Shown here: positions 27,801 through 42,200 of the stretch, one piece after another
How positions within the stretch are numbered: position 1 is the stretch's first letter
Layout of the letters: every line of letters begins with the position of its first letter
DNA from: Adineta vaga
Lineage: Eukaryota; Animalia; Rotifera
Assembly (NCBI GenBank): GCA_021613535.1
Contig: CP075495.1
Coordinates: 13,020,001 to 13,084,000, forward strand
DNA length: 64,000 nucleotides
Direction of reading: 5' to 3'
Program-made: the position numbers and the translations under genes
The notes under the pieces: generated by a model
The model's database searches: none
What the model was told of the DNA's origin: nothing
What the model saw: the letters and a program-made list of their open reading frames with translations, nothing else

Positions 27801-28818
27801 TTGTCTGTTAAATCAAAGAGAAACAAAACAGATCAATTGATTATATTCATTTCAATATTACCTTGATATCATATATACAGGTGTATATGCTCTTAAATTT
27901 GTTACAGAATGTCGTAGAGCACGTGATTCAAGTGCAACTTCAAGTGTTTCATCATTACGTGGTGCAAACTAGAAAGATAGAAAGACTTTTAGACAATACG
28001 ATAAAGTTCATTGATATTTAACTTACAGCGGTTGTATGTTTATTCGGAAAATGAACACGTATGAAATTACTTGGTGTCATACTTGGACTACGTGATCGTT
28101 GACTTAGAGAAGTTGTTATTGGTGGTGTTAAAGGAGAATAATGATAAGTTGTTTGTTGTTCATTATTCGATGTTGAATAATCATGAATGAAAATATCTTT
28201 TGCATTAAGTTGATTCGGTGATAAGGATGATTTCGATTGTTGAAAAGGTTTTTCTAATGGTGAATATTGAGATTGATGAGAATATTGACTATTTTCTAAG
28301 GAAACATCATTGATGGATGATGAAGATGGAAATACAGGTGAATGATTTTGATATTCAACTTCATGTAGATATTCAGTTAGACTATCACGTGCTTTCGTTA
28401 AAATATCAATTCGATCAGTTAAACGTTGAAATTCCTTAATTGAAAATAAAAACATTGAAGCTAAGGGTATTATGTTCGTTTCTTTTTTTAAACTTACTTG
28501 CATATAAAATGGTGGTCGAGTTTCACGAAAAGCTAAATTATAATTATTAACATCAGCTGTTAGATGTTTTAACATTTTCATAAGATCATCTAATATTTGT
28601 CGACATTTTTGTGGATCCATATCACGTTTACCTTCTTCAACTTTATCAAATATCATTCGACGGAAACTATCTTCTTGAGTATTTACTGGCGAAGCAGAAC
28701 GTGGTGGGGTTGATGAGGTTGAGGAACAAGATTTATGATGCAGCGGCTTATATGCATCCATTGGAACTGTACTGTTATTGCCGCTTGTCATACGATTTGC
28801 TTGTAGAACCATAGCCAT
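24806..28818 (-). CDS. raf: Raf-family Ser/Thr kinase (BRS-like coiled coil, RBD, C1, kinase); multi-exon
   Basis: PPFYMQEFQRL (BRS-like), FIRVHFPNK (RBD), HSFIRKTFF..CDAC..LFQGLRC (Raf C1), [42 protein letters not shown]-terminal RSQSEP 14-3-3 site. Confidence 0.93.
27229..27386 (-). other. Alternative (mutually exclusive) Raf exon encoding a second C1 zinc finger
   Basis: 158-nt AG/GT-bounded exon, phase 0 to 2 like the neighbouring 155-nt C1 exon (27623-27469); encodes CAVC..CILC..HNHC..C. Confidence 0.8.
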
Positions 28819-31800
28819 GTAAAAATGAATGTCTCAATCAAATTTCACGAAGTCTAGAGAACGTAATAGATACACAAGGGATTTCAATGACATCAGTTTT
28901 ACCTTTATATAGAAACTATTATTCATGATGTCATATGAGAATGATATATATATATTTACATCGTCTATCTATAAAAAAATTTGAAAAAGAAAATAGGAAG
29001 TTAGTACGAATAAGATTAACTTACACATATCTAGGTATGTTATGATAATGTTTAAAACCTTTGTTAATATATTTTTTTTCTTTTTCTCATTTTCTCTTAC
29101 TTTCTTTTTTTTTCTTTCTCTGGTCGCTCTTTTTCTTTTCTTCGTACTTTTTTTTAGTGTTCTCTTTTGTCTCGTTTTATTTTTGAGTGATAGAATGTAT
29201 ACGTGTGAAAGAAAATAAAAAGCAAAAAAAAGACCTCGAATATATGCAGATGTTTAAAATAAATTCCGTGCATATCTCTCAAGTGTTAAGAGAACAAGAA
29301 GAGAATATAAGAAAAAGAAAGAAAGAAAGGAACTTGGAAAAAATAGAAAATAGTCATTCTGATGATGATCGATGAAGCGAACTTCCTAACGAACTACTGT
29401 CGCCGTTATTTCCTTCCGTTTGCCTTTCTTAAATATCGACAAAGGTATGTGCGATGGATAGTAGAAGTACTAGTTAATAACACGATAGCAGCTTTTGATT
29501 TCAATTTCATTTACTACGGATCTGTTTCTTTTTCTTTTCATCTGACAGAAATAAAAATATCGACATTATAATCACACTTTAATCACTCGAAATCTGACGG
29601 AAGAAAAAAATAGTGACATATACAATATGACCGTGATGCTATAGTGCAAAAAAGCCGTCTGTGTTGATACTTTTTGAAAAAAAAAGATGAATATATACAG
29701 TAGTCATTAATATATTTTCAATAACAAACGTACTTTTTTTGGTATATTTATTCAACCTTGTTTTTCGTTCTTTTCTCAAGATCTACTTTCAATTAATTGA
29801 ATAACATGTGAACTAGATGAAAGAGAGAAAGAGATAAATACACATTCACATACGTCTGATCAGTCGGATTGTTGCAATTGCATTTTCTAATAAATAACCA
29901 AATACAATGTCTTTTTCATCGACTGTCGCACAGCCGTTTCTTTTCTCTCGTTTTCCTGAAACAATTAGTAGTAACTTAGTATGTTTCGTTCTTCGCAACA
30001 CGCACGACAACGACAATTTTTCTGTGTCTTTTTCTTCTTCTTCTTCTTCTTCTTCTTTTTTTTGTTGCTTCACGCTCTGTCATTTCTCTTCCTCGCTTTT
30101 TTTCTTCTTTTTTTTCTTCTTCTCCTTAATTGCATAACTCCCTCGCCATCCGGATGACGACAGCTACATGTAGTAGAACCTTGAACAGCTCGAGGGTCGA
30201 GCAACAGCAACCATCCAGGGTTCGGTATTGCTGCTGTTGCATACAAAAAAACACACACAGAACAGAACAAAAAAGAAAATATGTAGTACGTGGACACTGT
30301 TGTTGTTGTTGTTGTTATTATTATTTTGCTACTTGATCAAGCTAATAATGCGCGTATGAGATAGAGAATCCTACAGGGAATACCTGGATGTACAGAACAG
30401 TCAATTTTCTTGACATATAGAACGAAAAAAAGAAATCAAGGGAAATAAGACCGTTGTTATACCAGTTAAACAAGATACAACTATCTCGATTTTAATATTC
30501 ATATTATGTTAACATATTTCTTTTCTTTTTTTCTACTCTACTTTTGACTTTGTTTCCGCTAGTTGAATGTCATAGAATGAGATGAGCAAAGACAATGATG
30601 ACGAACGATAAACAAAGAAAAAGTCATCATGAATTCTTATAAAAGGAAATAACAACTCATGGCATAAGAGGAAACAAAAGAAGAAAATGATTTGGAAAAT
30701 GAGAAAAAAAACAATTTTGATTCATCTCAATAACAATAATTAGAATAATGAAAAGATATACCATCTCATCATGACATCACTATTTATATATATATATATA
30801 TGGGAATATTAACGATTAGATTAGATCAAATCACAGCTGATATAATGGAATGGGAGAATACTTCGTCGATGGGATGAAGATGAAATGAAATATCTGATTA
30901 TCCATTTTTCTAAGTGAAAAGACCAATCTCGGAAAAGAATGAATTAGATGACGCTACGAGTATGCTAGAAATAGTTTTGTTTCTCTAGTCTTCATTTCAT
31001 TTCTCGAATTATTTTACAATGACTAATAGTACTAGAGTCACTTATCTGATTATTGCTCGAGTAATAACTCTGAATATATATCAATACTTCAATGAAGAAC
31101 AAATACGTCTAATCAGGTTTTTTACCTCGAGGATAATAAACTTTACCGTCAAGAATTTTTTAACATGACTCAATGACGATGCAAATATTTTAAATATTTT
31201 CGCCGAAATACAATAAACATGTACAAAACTTAAAATTTGACTTTGATGTGATTCAGCAATTATAGACCTGTAGAACTCAAGTGTTATTATGATTGCAAAC
31301 ATCATTTACATACATTTTGTTTTTGGAATATAATCTCTTAATATTTCATGAAATAGAAAATCGTTACGCTCAAAATAATTTCTTCAAGTTATTCTGCAAT
31401 TTCAAACTATATAGAAAAATCTTTTTTTAACAATTACTTATTATAAAATCATTTCCTACGCATAGTTATTATCTATTCGACAATGAATAAATCTTTCTAC
31501 GTACAAAATATTTCAATTATACTTCTAGTAATAAAGATTCCTACTGACTACTAAGAATGATATAAATCTTTATGCAATAAGAAAATCTCTTTGACAGAAG
31601 AAGAGATCAAGAAATGTACTGCCTTTAATGTCGTCTAGAAATTTCTGTAGAAAAACTATCTGACGTCAGCAAGACTCAAGAACTTCATTACGTTTTGTCT
31701 GATCAAAGTAAATTATATTTAATATTCTTTTCCCATCAACGAAGATAATGGACCAGAAAACTTATGAACAAAAACAATTTCTTATAAACTAATTTTTCCA

Positions 31801-32809
31801 AACTGTCATAATGTCCTAACTATATGTTAAAGTCTTGATGTCAATCTAGTTATTAATATTTAATGAAAATGCGTTGTAAATAATTCAGCAAGGTAAAAGT
31901 ACAAATGATTCATGAATATTTACTGAGGTAGATATGAATGATGACTGAGTTATACACATGCACCGTTAGAATGCACTAAAATATCCAATCATCACGGTCC
32001 ATCATATTCGACATGACTTATTTGAATCATTATTTTGAAAGAAAATTTGTTTTAAACGTATGGATAATAAATTTCAATGTACTATTTTCGTACCTAGGAC
32101 GAAAATCAATATTGATTAATTCGAAAAGATAACGAATGATGTCTAAATTCCAAACTTTTCAAACTAATCATATGGTATTGATTTGAAAGAAGTTTTCGCT
32201 TAATTTCGCATGCAGTATATACTTTTTTTATTGACGTTCGTTTGAACGTAATTCGTTTGATAATGGAAGAATAGACAAATGAAAAGAGAAAAAAAGGAGA
32301 AGGAAAAAAGAAGATAAACAAAAAAGGCAAGAAAGAAAAATGTTGGTCATCTGTTGAAATTTCTCTGTTTTGTTCGAATAATCGCGTTTTGAATGTTAGT
32401 TTATATATGTATGTAATATAAAATCAGTACAGAATGTGTGCATATATGCATGTATATTATAAAGACAAGAAATCGTACTACATGTTATATAATGAGATAG
32501 AAAAAAAGAAAAGAAACGAGAAGGAAAAAAAAGATAAATCCAATCGATGATAGATTTTGAATATAAGCACACTATGTGATAAATAAAGAAGAATAGAAAG
32601 AAGCCACAGACCTGAGCAACTTGATTTTGCTGTTGGGCTTGATGTATATATATATACACACACACACTCACACAAACATATACAGAAACTCAGTCATTAG
32701 GGTTTAGTTTAGTTTCGTGCATGTACAGAAAGAGAAGAGAGTTAGAGAGGAAGGAAAGATTGATGTGTATAAAAAGAAGAAACAGGAATCGAATCGAATT
32801 GTTTTATTT

Positions 32810-35800
32810 TCAAAGAATTTCTTCACTTGAATCCATAGGTTGTATATCTTGAAGTGAACTTTGTGATTGCATTTGACTATTATCATCATCTGTCACTGAT
32901 GATGCCATATCTTCCATGCCGAGAAGTAGATCTTCATCTTTTGAATAAAATTTATCGGCATTCTCTTTCAATTGATTATTGGCACCTGAAATAGATGAAT
33001 AAAATACTTTCAAATGAAAGAATAATATTTACCTTTCGGATCAAGATCCATACTCCAGGACATGTACATATATGAATAATGAAAATTTTTCAAATGTCGA
33101 TGAACCTGCATGAATTCGAAATTTGTCAAGATGGAAGATTTCGAATCAAATAAAACTTACTTTACTAAGTAAATAATAAACAAGTGATTCTTTCGGTGCA
33201 ATTTGTCGTAATTCTTCAAGTTCCGATAATGCTTCTTGATAGCGTTCAAGATGTAACAATAGACCAGCTCTGAAGATGAATAAATTAGAAATTGTCATCT
33301 TTTATTCATTAACTTACTTGTGAAATTTACAAAGAGCATTTTTCGAATCAATCTTTAATGCATCATTTAATAATGTTAATGCACTTTCCGATCGACCACA
33401 TTTATGTTGAGCCTAATAGAATAAATAAAGTGATAACAAAAATCAAATGATTTTTTTCAGTTTCATACCACTGCTAAATGACAAATAAGATCAGGATTTG
33501 TTCGAAAGATACTTGTTGCTTTTGTAAAATGAAATTCAGCTGACTGAAATTTTTCTTGTTTTAAATAAACCATTGCTACACCATTCCTATTATGAAAGAA
33601 ACACAAACAATGATGTTTTTTTGTTCGATAAGAAATCAATCGATTAACTTACCAAGCTTTATAACTTCGTGGATTTAATTGAATCGCTTTTCGAAAGCAT
33701 GCCATAGCACGTTCAAGTTCATCAATAAGTGAATATTCATTACCCAATAATGTATATGCATAATCGGATTCTGGTGCTAATTGGATGGCACGTTTAAATG
33801 CTTGAATTGCTTTATCATATTCATGATTCAAACTAAGACAATTACCAGATGCACACCAACTCTATATATCATGAAGAAAAGAAACATACATTTAGTAATT
33901 ATTTGATTTTCAAGGTACAAAAAAGTAATTTGATCTATGAAAGATCTTTTTTGTCTATATAAACAAGAGAACAGCTGATTAGATAATATCTCACCATGTT
34001 TCTCTTTCGATTTTAAAGTAATGAAATTTGATCGTTACTTGTCGATGAAGCGTAGGTTAAAAAGGGAAGAAATCATTGATTCATTCTTAACTTTCATTTA
34101 TTTCATATTATACATCTCAAACAAACAAACAATGTCGACGACGCCAAGTTATGATGAAACTTTATCAACAGATCCTCCAATCTCCAATGAAACGATGCAA
34201 GCTGAAACTGATTTAACTAATTATCTATTAGCTATTTTTCCTTTCTATGCTTGTGCACTCTTCTTTAATTTTCTTTCAATCTATTCTATACTTGTCGGAA
34301 AAATTTATCGTCAATATTTATCCAATGTACTTTTGGCTGTGATTTGTATTGGCGCATTATTAAATGTTCATGGTCATATGTTTTTAATTCTTTTACGATG
34401 GACAAATAATTCCGTATCTGATCAACTTTGTTCATCATCGATTTATCTACGTGATAGTGGAGCTATTCTTATTCATACACATATTTTTATCTTAGCTATC
34501 GAACGTATTATTGCTAATTTAAAAAAACATCCACAAAATTTACACAATTCACTTTTACAGAAAGCTCATCTGTTTCTTATTATTGTATCTTTTATATGCA
34601 TTCTTCTTTCGTTTACTGTCCCAATATACACATTTACACATTCAAATTTCTCAGATTTTGATGGGTTATGTGTTCCTTTGGATGGTTATGCGTATAAACT
34701 CTACTTTAATTGGATTTATTTCGGTTTTGGTCATCCATTGATTTGGACATCTATTATTCTACTTGGAATATTTCTTTGGAGAAAAACAACAATAAGTTAT
34801 TCAACATTAAGTTCAATGAATAAGATTATTCTGATTATAAATCTATCAAGTTGTTCCAATCTAATCATGAGAACATTACTTGATGATTTTATTGGTATTA
34901 GAAGTGAAAATCCTTTAGATATAACGAATATTCCTTCAAAAAAGTTACTTTATCTCATGAATTTACGAGATACTATTTCGATTTTAGTTAATTTATTAAT
35001 TGGTTTGGCATTTTTTCTTTTTCGACCAGAAATTCGCTCGTGGTTATATGCATCAATCAAACGATTTCAAGGGAATACAAATGTAGCCGTAACACCACAA
35101 ATGTTAGATATTCGGAATGAAATAGATGATCAGTTTCCTGAAACCGACGATGAAAATCTTCATTTCCGATCAGATACATAAACATAGATGAAAACAAATC
35201 GTTCGTTCGTTCATTTTATCATTCGTTTGTTTTTCTTTCTTTTCTTCTTATAAAAATAAATCAATTCTACTTACAGCTGGATGTTTACGATCTGTTTCAG
35301 TTAATTCATGTGCTAATGTTGCCAATGCAATATCATCTTTCAAATGCCATAAAACTGTACTAAAATATTCTAATCCATCGATATGATATGGATATTTCGT
35401 ACGTAATTCTCGATAGATTAATGATGCTTTTTGATAATCATGTAAATGATAATAACAATTAGCTAAGTGAGATAAAACCCATGGCGTATCAAGATGTTTT
35501 AATGATATAGATTCAAATAATTCAATTGCTTGTCGACATTCAAATTGAGATAAATGCTGCAGACCTTGACCAAGTAATTTGAAGACATTAATAATATTTT
35601 CAACAATTTCTAAATAATAAAAATAAACGTGGAAAAAAATTTTCTTTTTCTAAACGTATTTACCTGGTGTACGTTGATTTTGATTTGATTGACTTTTTCG
35701 TTGTCGATCACGTTTACCAATGGATTCATTATCGGTAGCACAATTTAAACTCGTATTATTTGATCGTACTTGAGATCTAGTTGTCATTTTATTTGGTGAT

Positions 35801-37350
35801 TCAGCTGGAGTTGTTGGAGTTGTTATACTCATATCTGCACATAGCGGACGACTTGTAGTTTTTGTTAAACGTGTTGTACGTTTGGTTGGTGCACGATTCG
35901 ATTTGTTTTCCTAAGAAAATGAAACATTTCTTTATAGTTTAATATCATTGAATCGATGCTTTTTCTGGAAGACTTACTTTTCGTGTACCAATCGTTTTTC
36001 GTGTATCACTTAGTGAAGTTGAGGCAAGTTCATGTCTATGTAAAAGTGTTGCTGTTGATCCTGATGCTGCTGTATCATCAAAACCATATTGTTGTCTAGA
36101 AAGGAGACAAATTAATATGAAATTTTGTTTCAAATTCATTCTCTATCATACACATTGCGAGTATTTTGTCTTTTAGGTGCTAAAGGTGGATTACGTAGTG
36201 AGGGAATATAATCTGGTGGTTTAATAGTTGGTGGAGTATATTTATCATTATCTAGTAATTGATCAGCAATTAAACCGATCGGTGTTGATGTGATAATAGC
36301 TGAAATATTTGTTGAGCCAACATTAAGTATCGAATCAGTTAATTTCATGACAGTTGCGGGTACTTGTAATACGCGTTGATGTTGTTGTTGTTGTTCTTTG
36401 ATTGTTTGATTTGTACTTGTATTCATTGACTAGAAGAAGAAGAAACAAATAGAAAATAAGTTTCTTTTTCTTTGACATACGTTATCAATAGCTTGATTTT
36501 CACTTTGAATGTCTTTTATTTGTTCTGTATATGGTGTAACACATATATGTGGTTGAGTTATTTCTGAGATTGATCGATTGGATTTTATCGCTGATGAACA
36601 AAATATACTTGTATCGACACGTTCACCTATTCCAAAAAGAAAAACACAAACAAAATGTAGATATGTCATTGAATGCATATTCAATTCTTACCAAGACGAC
36701 AGAGAGCTTCAAATGATGACCATAGAAATGGATTGATTTTTAAAGATTTACGGTAACATTCACTTGCTTTTTGATGACGATCCGATTTTCTAAAAGAGAA
36801 ATAACAAGATAAAACATGTTGAACTGATCTGTTTTGAAGAGAAAACTTACTCGCAAACTTTAGCAAGTAATTGTAAAGCAAACGCTGCTTGATCATTATG
36901 ATCATTTACAAAATCATCAAGTGCTAATGTATTTATTGATGAGCAATTTCCAACTAGCACTGATTCAGCTTCATGTAATCTAAAATGCAATGATAACATA
37001 AAGAAATACTCAGATTCTTTTACATACTTATCTGTATCGAAGCAACATTTTGCTAAAAGAAGTTTTGCGGCTGGTACATGTTCTATAGAAGAATTCCGCA
37101 GTAGCCAATAAGATTTATTCACATCACCACTCAAATAATAAGTACGTGCTAATAAATAAGTCGATTCATCATTTTTTACTAAGAAAAACGAAAATTGCAT
37201 AGAAAAAAAACAAAAACAATATTCAATTTCGAAAGAAAACTATTTACCTTCAGCATAAAGACGTTCAGCAAGAAAGACAGCATCGACATAGTCGAAATTA
37301 TGAATAAATTGGTTTATATAAACCTTAATGGAATCAGTTGCAACGGACAT
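32810..37350 (-). CDS. CDC27: Cell division cycle 27 (APC3), TPR subunit of APC/C; multi-exon
   Basis: DAVFLAERLYAE, YLLARTYY, NPFLWSSFEALC, GLEYFSTVLWHL, SWCASGNCLSL, YAYTLLGNEY, APKESLVY, MDLDPKGANNQLKE. Confidence 0.96.
34132..35181 (+). CDS. Intronless rhodopsin-like 7TM receptor nested antisense in a CDC27 intron
   Basis: About seven hydrophobic segments, Cys at the top of TM3 (QLC), DRY-like LAIERI, FRPEIR helix-8-like end; lies inside intron 33862-35274. Confidence 0.8.
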   Translation: MSTTPSYDETLSTDPPISNETMQAETDLTNYLLAIFPFYACALFFNFLSIYSILVGKIYRQYLSNVLLAVICIGALLNVHGHMFLILLRWTNNSVSDQLCSSSIYLRDSGAILIHTHIFILAIERIIANLKKHPQNLHNSLLQKAHLFLIIVSFICILLSFTVPIYTFTHSNFSDFDGLCVPLDGYAYKLYFNWIYFGFGHPLIWTSIILLGIFLWRKTTISYSTLSSMNKIILIINLSSCSNLIMRTLLDDFIGIRSENPLDITNIPSKKLLYLMNLRDTISILVNLLIGLAFFLFRPEIRSWLYASIKRFQGNTNVAVTPQMLDIRNEIDDQFPETDDENLHFRSDT

Positions 37351-37698
37351 TAAATTGTTCGGAATAGGAAAGAAAAAAAAAGACTGTATATATATGTATA
37401 AAGTTTGTTTGGATCGTATAATCAGATAATAATTAATTGAAACATTGATAATAAAGATCAATCTATTTCTAAAATGTAAAATCACAGTTATATTAAAAGA
37501 AGAACTGTTCACAAACAAATACAAACATAATCATCGGTATTTAATCATCTTATAAAAAGAAATAAAGAATATTGAGAAAAAGATACTGAGAAAAATCAAT
37601 CTGATTTTGATTAAACTGACAAAGCAAAACAAGAAAAAAGAAAAACAATAATCTGCACATAAGCGAATGAATGACTAAATATTTGCACATCATATCAT

Positions 37699-39208
37699 TT
37701 ATGGATTTTCACGTTTTTGTGTATTGAGTAATTGACGACGTTTACGTTCGTTTGATAAACGATCACATGCTTGTTGAATATTCATAAATATATTTTCAGC
37801 CTTTTGTTTTTCTTTAACATCCTATAAATAAACATCATTCACATATATTATTCATTTCATCTGAAAGAGAATACAAATTTTTACTCGATGTCTATCTGGA
37901 TGCCATTGACGTGATAAAGTTCGACATTGATATTCGATTTGTTTTTGAGAAGCATCATAATGTAAATTTAATGTCTAGAATTACAAATTGATTTGAATAT
38001 GTTTCATTCGACCTATTTAACGTCTATTTATTTAGCACCAAAGAGATAGTCGAGAGAGAGAGAGTGTGTGTGTGTTCAGTATTACATTTTACCTCATATG
38101 CTTGTTTTTCATTTTCAGAATCAAATGCCATCCATATCTGTGTCCATATACCTTTTACACCATATCTTAAATAAAATATCCATAATTGTCGTAAAATATT
38201 GAATAATTGTTGATATAATAGAATAAATTCTTGTGATTTAAAGAAATCATTCAAAACATCTTTAACTTTGACACGTTGACCTTTGATATCGACTTGTAAA
38301 TTTTGATAAAGAGCTGATGTAAATAAGGCACTGAAGAGCATAATACAAAATCCATAACTAAGACAACGTCGAATAAAATGCCGACGCTTTCGTTTTGTTG
38401 ATTTTAAACATTGAGATTCTTTCGATTTTGTTATTGTTAATTCTGAGAAATATGTCGGATTCCATTCAACTTTCCATTCGAAAAATAATGAGCAAAGAAA
38501 GGCGGATAAATTAAATGATGGTGAGGATGCATTAATGAAAGGTAATCCAAGTAATGCACCTAAGAATGGCCATAGAAATGAACATTGACGTGGTCCAACT
38601 GTTCCCACCATTTGCGTTCCTAAAATAATCAGAAGTTCATCAAAACATTTCAACGATATTCTCTTACCAATAGCAATAGCTAATATACTACAACTTCCAC
38701 TAAATAATGATAAAAGTGGCTGGACATGCCATGTATCAGGAAAAGCATAAAAAGTAATAAAACCATAAAATATCGATATAATGAATTGACCTTTGAAAAA
38801 TAAAAGAAATTATATTCAGTTCTTTTGAAACTTATGTATATATATATATCCTCGACTGCATTAAAACAATGGTAATAGAAACCTATTTCAATGCTGTCAC
38901 TGATATATTAAGAAATAAACTTGTTAAATTTACTTACCACAAAATCGAAAGATTTCAAATGAAGGTGATTTTCTTTGTATCATTTTTAATTTATATTTAT
39001 CGATAATATATTGATCTTCATTTGCTTCATGAACATAATGATTTATTAAAAAGAAAAATTCATAGAAAAAACCAAGACCAAATCCACCGAAAGTAGTACA
39101 CCATAGAATAGCATGTTGAGTACGACCCAAATAAAGATGATGTAAACCAAAGAGACCACCGATTAAAGAAAATAAATATGTTAATATCACACTCTTTTTA
39201 TCAGTCAT
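37699..39208 (-). CDS. DNAJC22: DnaJ subfamily C member 22 (wurst): TM2 domain + C-terminal J domain
   Basis: GGLFGLHHLYLGR (TM2); LSRQWHPD...FMNIQQACDRLS J-domain with HPD. Confidence 0.93.
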
Positions 39209-42200
39209 GAACTATCACAAAATTGAATTCTAGAAAAATCAAGTTTAATTATTTAAATAAGTAAAAAAACCATTAGAAAAATCCAAGGTGAGAATTCTAA
39301 CTCGACTTTTTTCTCTCTCGAGACAAGGAAAGAGTATATTTGGACTAAAAGATTTGAATGCCGCTAGAATCTTCTATTTCACTCACGTTGATACTAGCGA
39401 CTTTTTTTATAATATGATGCATTTTTTGATTACCTACGACATCTGACAATGTCTTCAAGTTTTAACGCAATGAAACGAGATTTTCGTAGATGTCATACAC
39501 GGAGAGAGACAGAGAGAGAGAGAAAGAACTCATTTCATATTCAATGAACAGCTGCACAATAAGTATTCGAAAGAGAACGGCATAATAGTTTGTCGTTAGT
39601 TAAGTTGATTGTAAAAACTATTCAAAGTCAAGCATTATTATTAGTATGAAAGAGAAAAGAAATATAGTTAACAAGTTTTATGATTTCCGGTTAGATATTG
39701 AAAAAAAAGTATTACATCTAAATGTCTTTCTTCTTCTTTTTCATTATCGTTTGTGATTTGGAGAAAATGAAATGTTCAAGTACAATTTGAAAATTTCTTT
39801 GAAATAACCGTTTTTTTTTGGTAGTAAAACGCACTCAGCTTGAAATTGATCGTCAAGGATTCCATCTTTCTTATAAAAATAATCGCACGCTTTTCTTTTT
39901 ATATAATTCATATATTGTCCAACTGTTACATATCATAGAGCATAATATTACAAGTACTTCAACTAAATTCTTTCTATTAATATAAGAAATTAAAAACAAA
40001 CATGTTCATTTTTTGCTCTTCCTTTGCGTTTCATTTATTCAAAGATTTTACTTTTGATCATCATTTGCTGTTCAATCGATCGTACACACAGTTACCTTCT
40101 TACGAGAAAAGAAAAAGCTACAACATTATGATAATTAGTTGTTTTACGGTAGTTTTTTTTTCTTTAATGATCATGATTAGTTGACACAGATGGTTCACAT
40201 GGCCATCATTGCATTAATATCAATAGAGTCATCAGATTCACTAGATAAAATGTTTGTTTAAATGAGATTGTCAAGGTTATAGTTGATTGCTGAATATAAG
40301 TTTGTTAGAATTTATAAACTCAATTGAATCGTTCATTTCTATTAGAACTACGTTTTTTTCTTCTTTCGATCAAACGAATTACTTGGATATACTACTGTGA
40401 AAGATAAATATATTCTTTTCTTGTTAACTATGATATAACTCTATATATAAGTTATTCTTCAATGTCAAAATTGTTAAGTGCCTTTGTTAGAAATTCGTTG
40501 TAGCATGTCTAGATTTCCATTTAGTTGATTAATTCTTATGAATTTTTACTTCAACTTATCCTTGAAATGAACTGTGGTAGTACAGCAATTAAAATGATTT
40601 AATTTAGATCGATATTACGTAAGTTAAAGTTGTTAGTCATCATCGAATGACTTTGAAAAATGAAATAATTAATCGTGGAGAAAAAAAGAAATGCTAAAAA
40701 ATGCGTTTAGTAATTTAGGCTAAAATGAAATCTATTCATGTATAATTAAATGTACTGAAAAAAAGGTTTTTCTTCTTAGAATTAAATTTAATAAGTCATT
40801 TATCATAATCTAGACTTGATAACGTTCTTATTAAAGAATAATTGATTCTATTTAGTGAATTATTCATTTTCTTTTTCGACCATTGTTTAACAATAACTAT
40901 TGTTATTCGTCGTTTCTTTCTTCTGTGTATATATATATATATATGGAATAGATGATCAATTATCACGGGATAATAATATTTAATTTGTGTTAAGATATTA
41001 AATTTTAGTCGATTCTTTTTATCTTTCAATTTACATCAAGATAATACATGTAGGTCGTGGATTAAAATCATTAATGGAATTTCACAAGTGATCAAAAAAA
41101 AAAAGATTGACTCTTGCCGTTTACTTATACTGATGACAAGTGTAAATGAGTTTTTCTTTTCATTCTTCTCTTCATCAGGATCATAATCATCATCTACCCA
41201 TTTCATCAATCTCTTTCTCTCTATGTGTGTATGTGTCATATAGTATTAACATATCACGACGCGCGAACGCACGCGTAAAAGTATCTGTATCTGCGTGTAT
41301 ATATATATATACATATATATATACAGTTGAAGGCGTTTGTTCACGTTTAATTGTAGATTATCATCGCGGCACATGTGAGTCGATAGTAGGTCTTGTGCTT
41401 CTTTGTGTCGTTGTCATTAAAGAAGAGAAGAGAGAAGAGGGAAAAGAGAGAGAGAGAAAGAATGGAAAGAAAGAGAAAGGGAGAAAAAAAGCTCATTTGT
41501 AAAAGGATTACGTGTACATAGCAAGCACATTTTGAAATATAAATCAATGCACGAATGACGACCAGTCGGCCTGAAGCTCTGCTACGCATACGAGTTCAAG
41601 GTAAACATAAACACCGGAATACCGCAGGGTCTACTGTATCCTTTTTCATTTTGTCCATACATTTATTCAAAGCGATAGGTATGATGATGGAAAAAGCCTA
41701 AGCAAAAAAAAGAGGAGAAGAAAAAAGTGCACATTACCCCTCATCATGAAGTATTGTTAAACAAAAAAAATTTTAAGAATATTTTGAATCTTATTTATTG
41801 CGAGTATACATAGTCGAGTCGTCACCACCACTATCCCACCACCACTATTTTCATGTAACATAGACATACGCGTAACAATTGATTGCATACGTACGTTTGT
41901 ATGTTCAAAATTAACAAAATGAGAACAACGAACTGTATTTGATGATTGTCAGTAGTAGACATAGTTAGTTCGTCTGTCTCAAAAATTAAATATTCTCCTT
42001 GAAAAAAAAACGCTTGCGTCTATCGAAGCCATAGCCACACAAACATTAAGAATATTTAGTCGGAATTATAAATATCTTTTATACAATTATAGTCGTTAGG
42101 CTCTTTCCCTCCTTCACTTTCTTTTATACTTCTTCAATTTTGACATAGCAGGACTTCATATGTATATGTATACATGAATATATATAGGCACTGTGCTTTA

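Noticed and set aside
28900-32700. Numerous 60-90 aa Phe/Lys-rich ORFs
   Set aside because: Products of poly-T/poly-A and microsatellite tracts in UTR or intergenic DNA; no domain or coding-like pattern.
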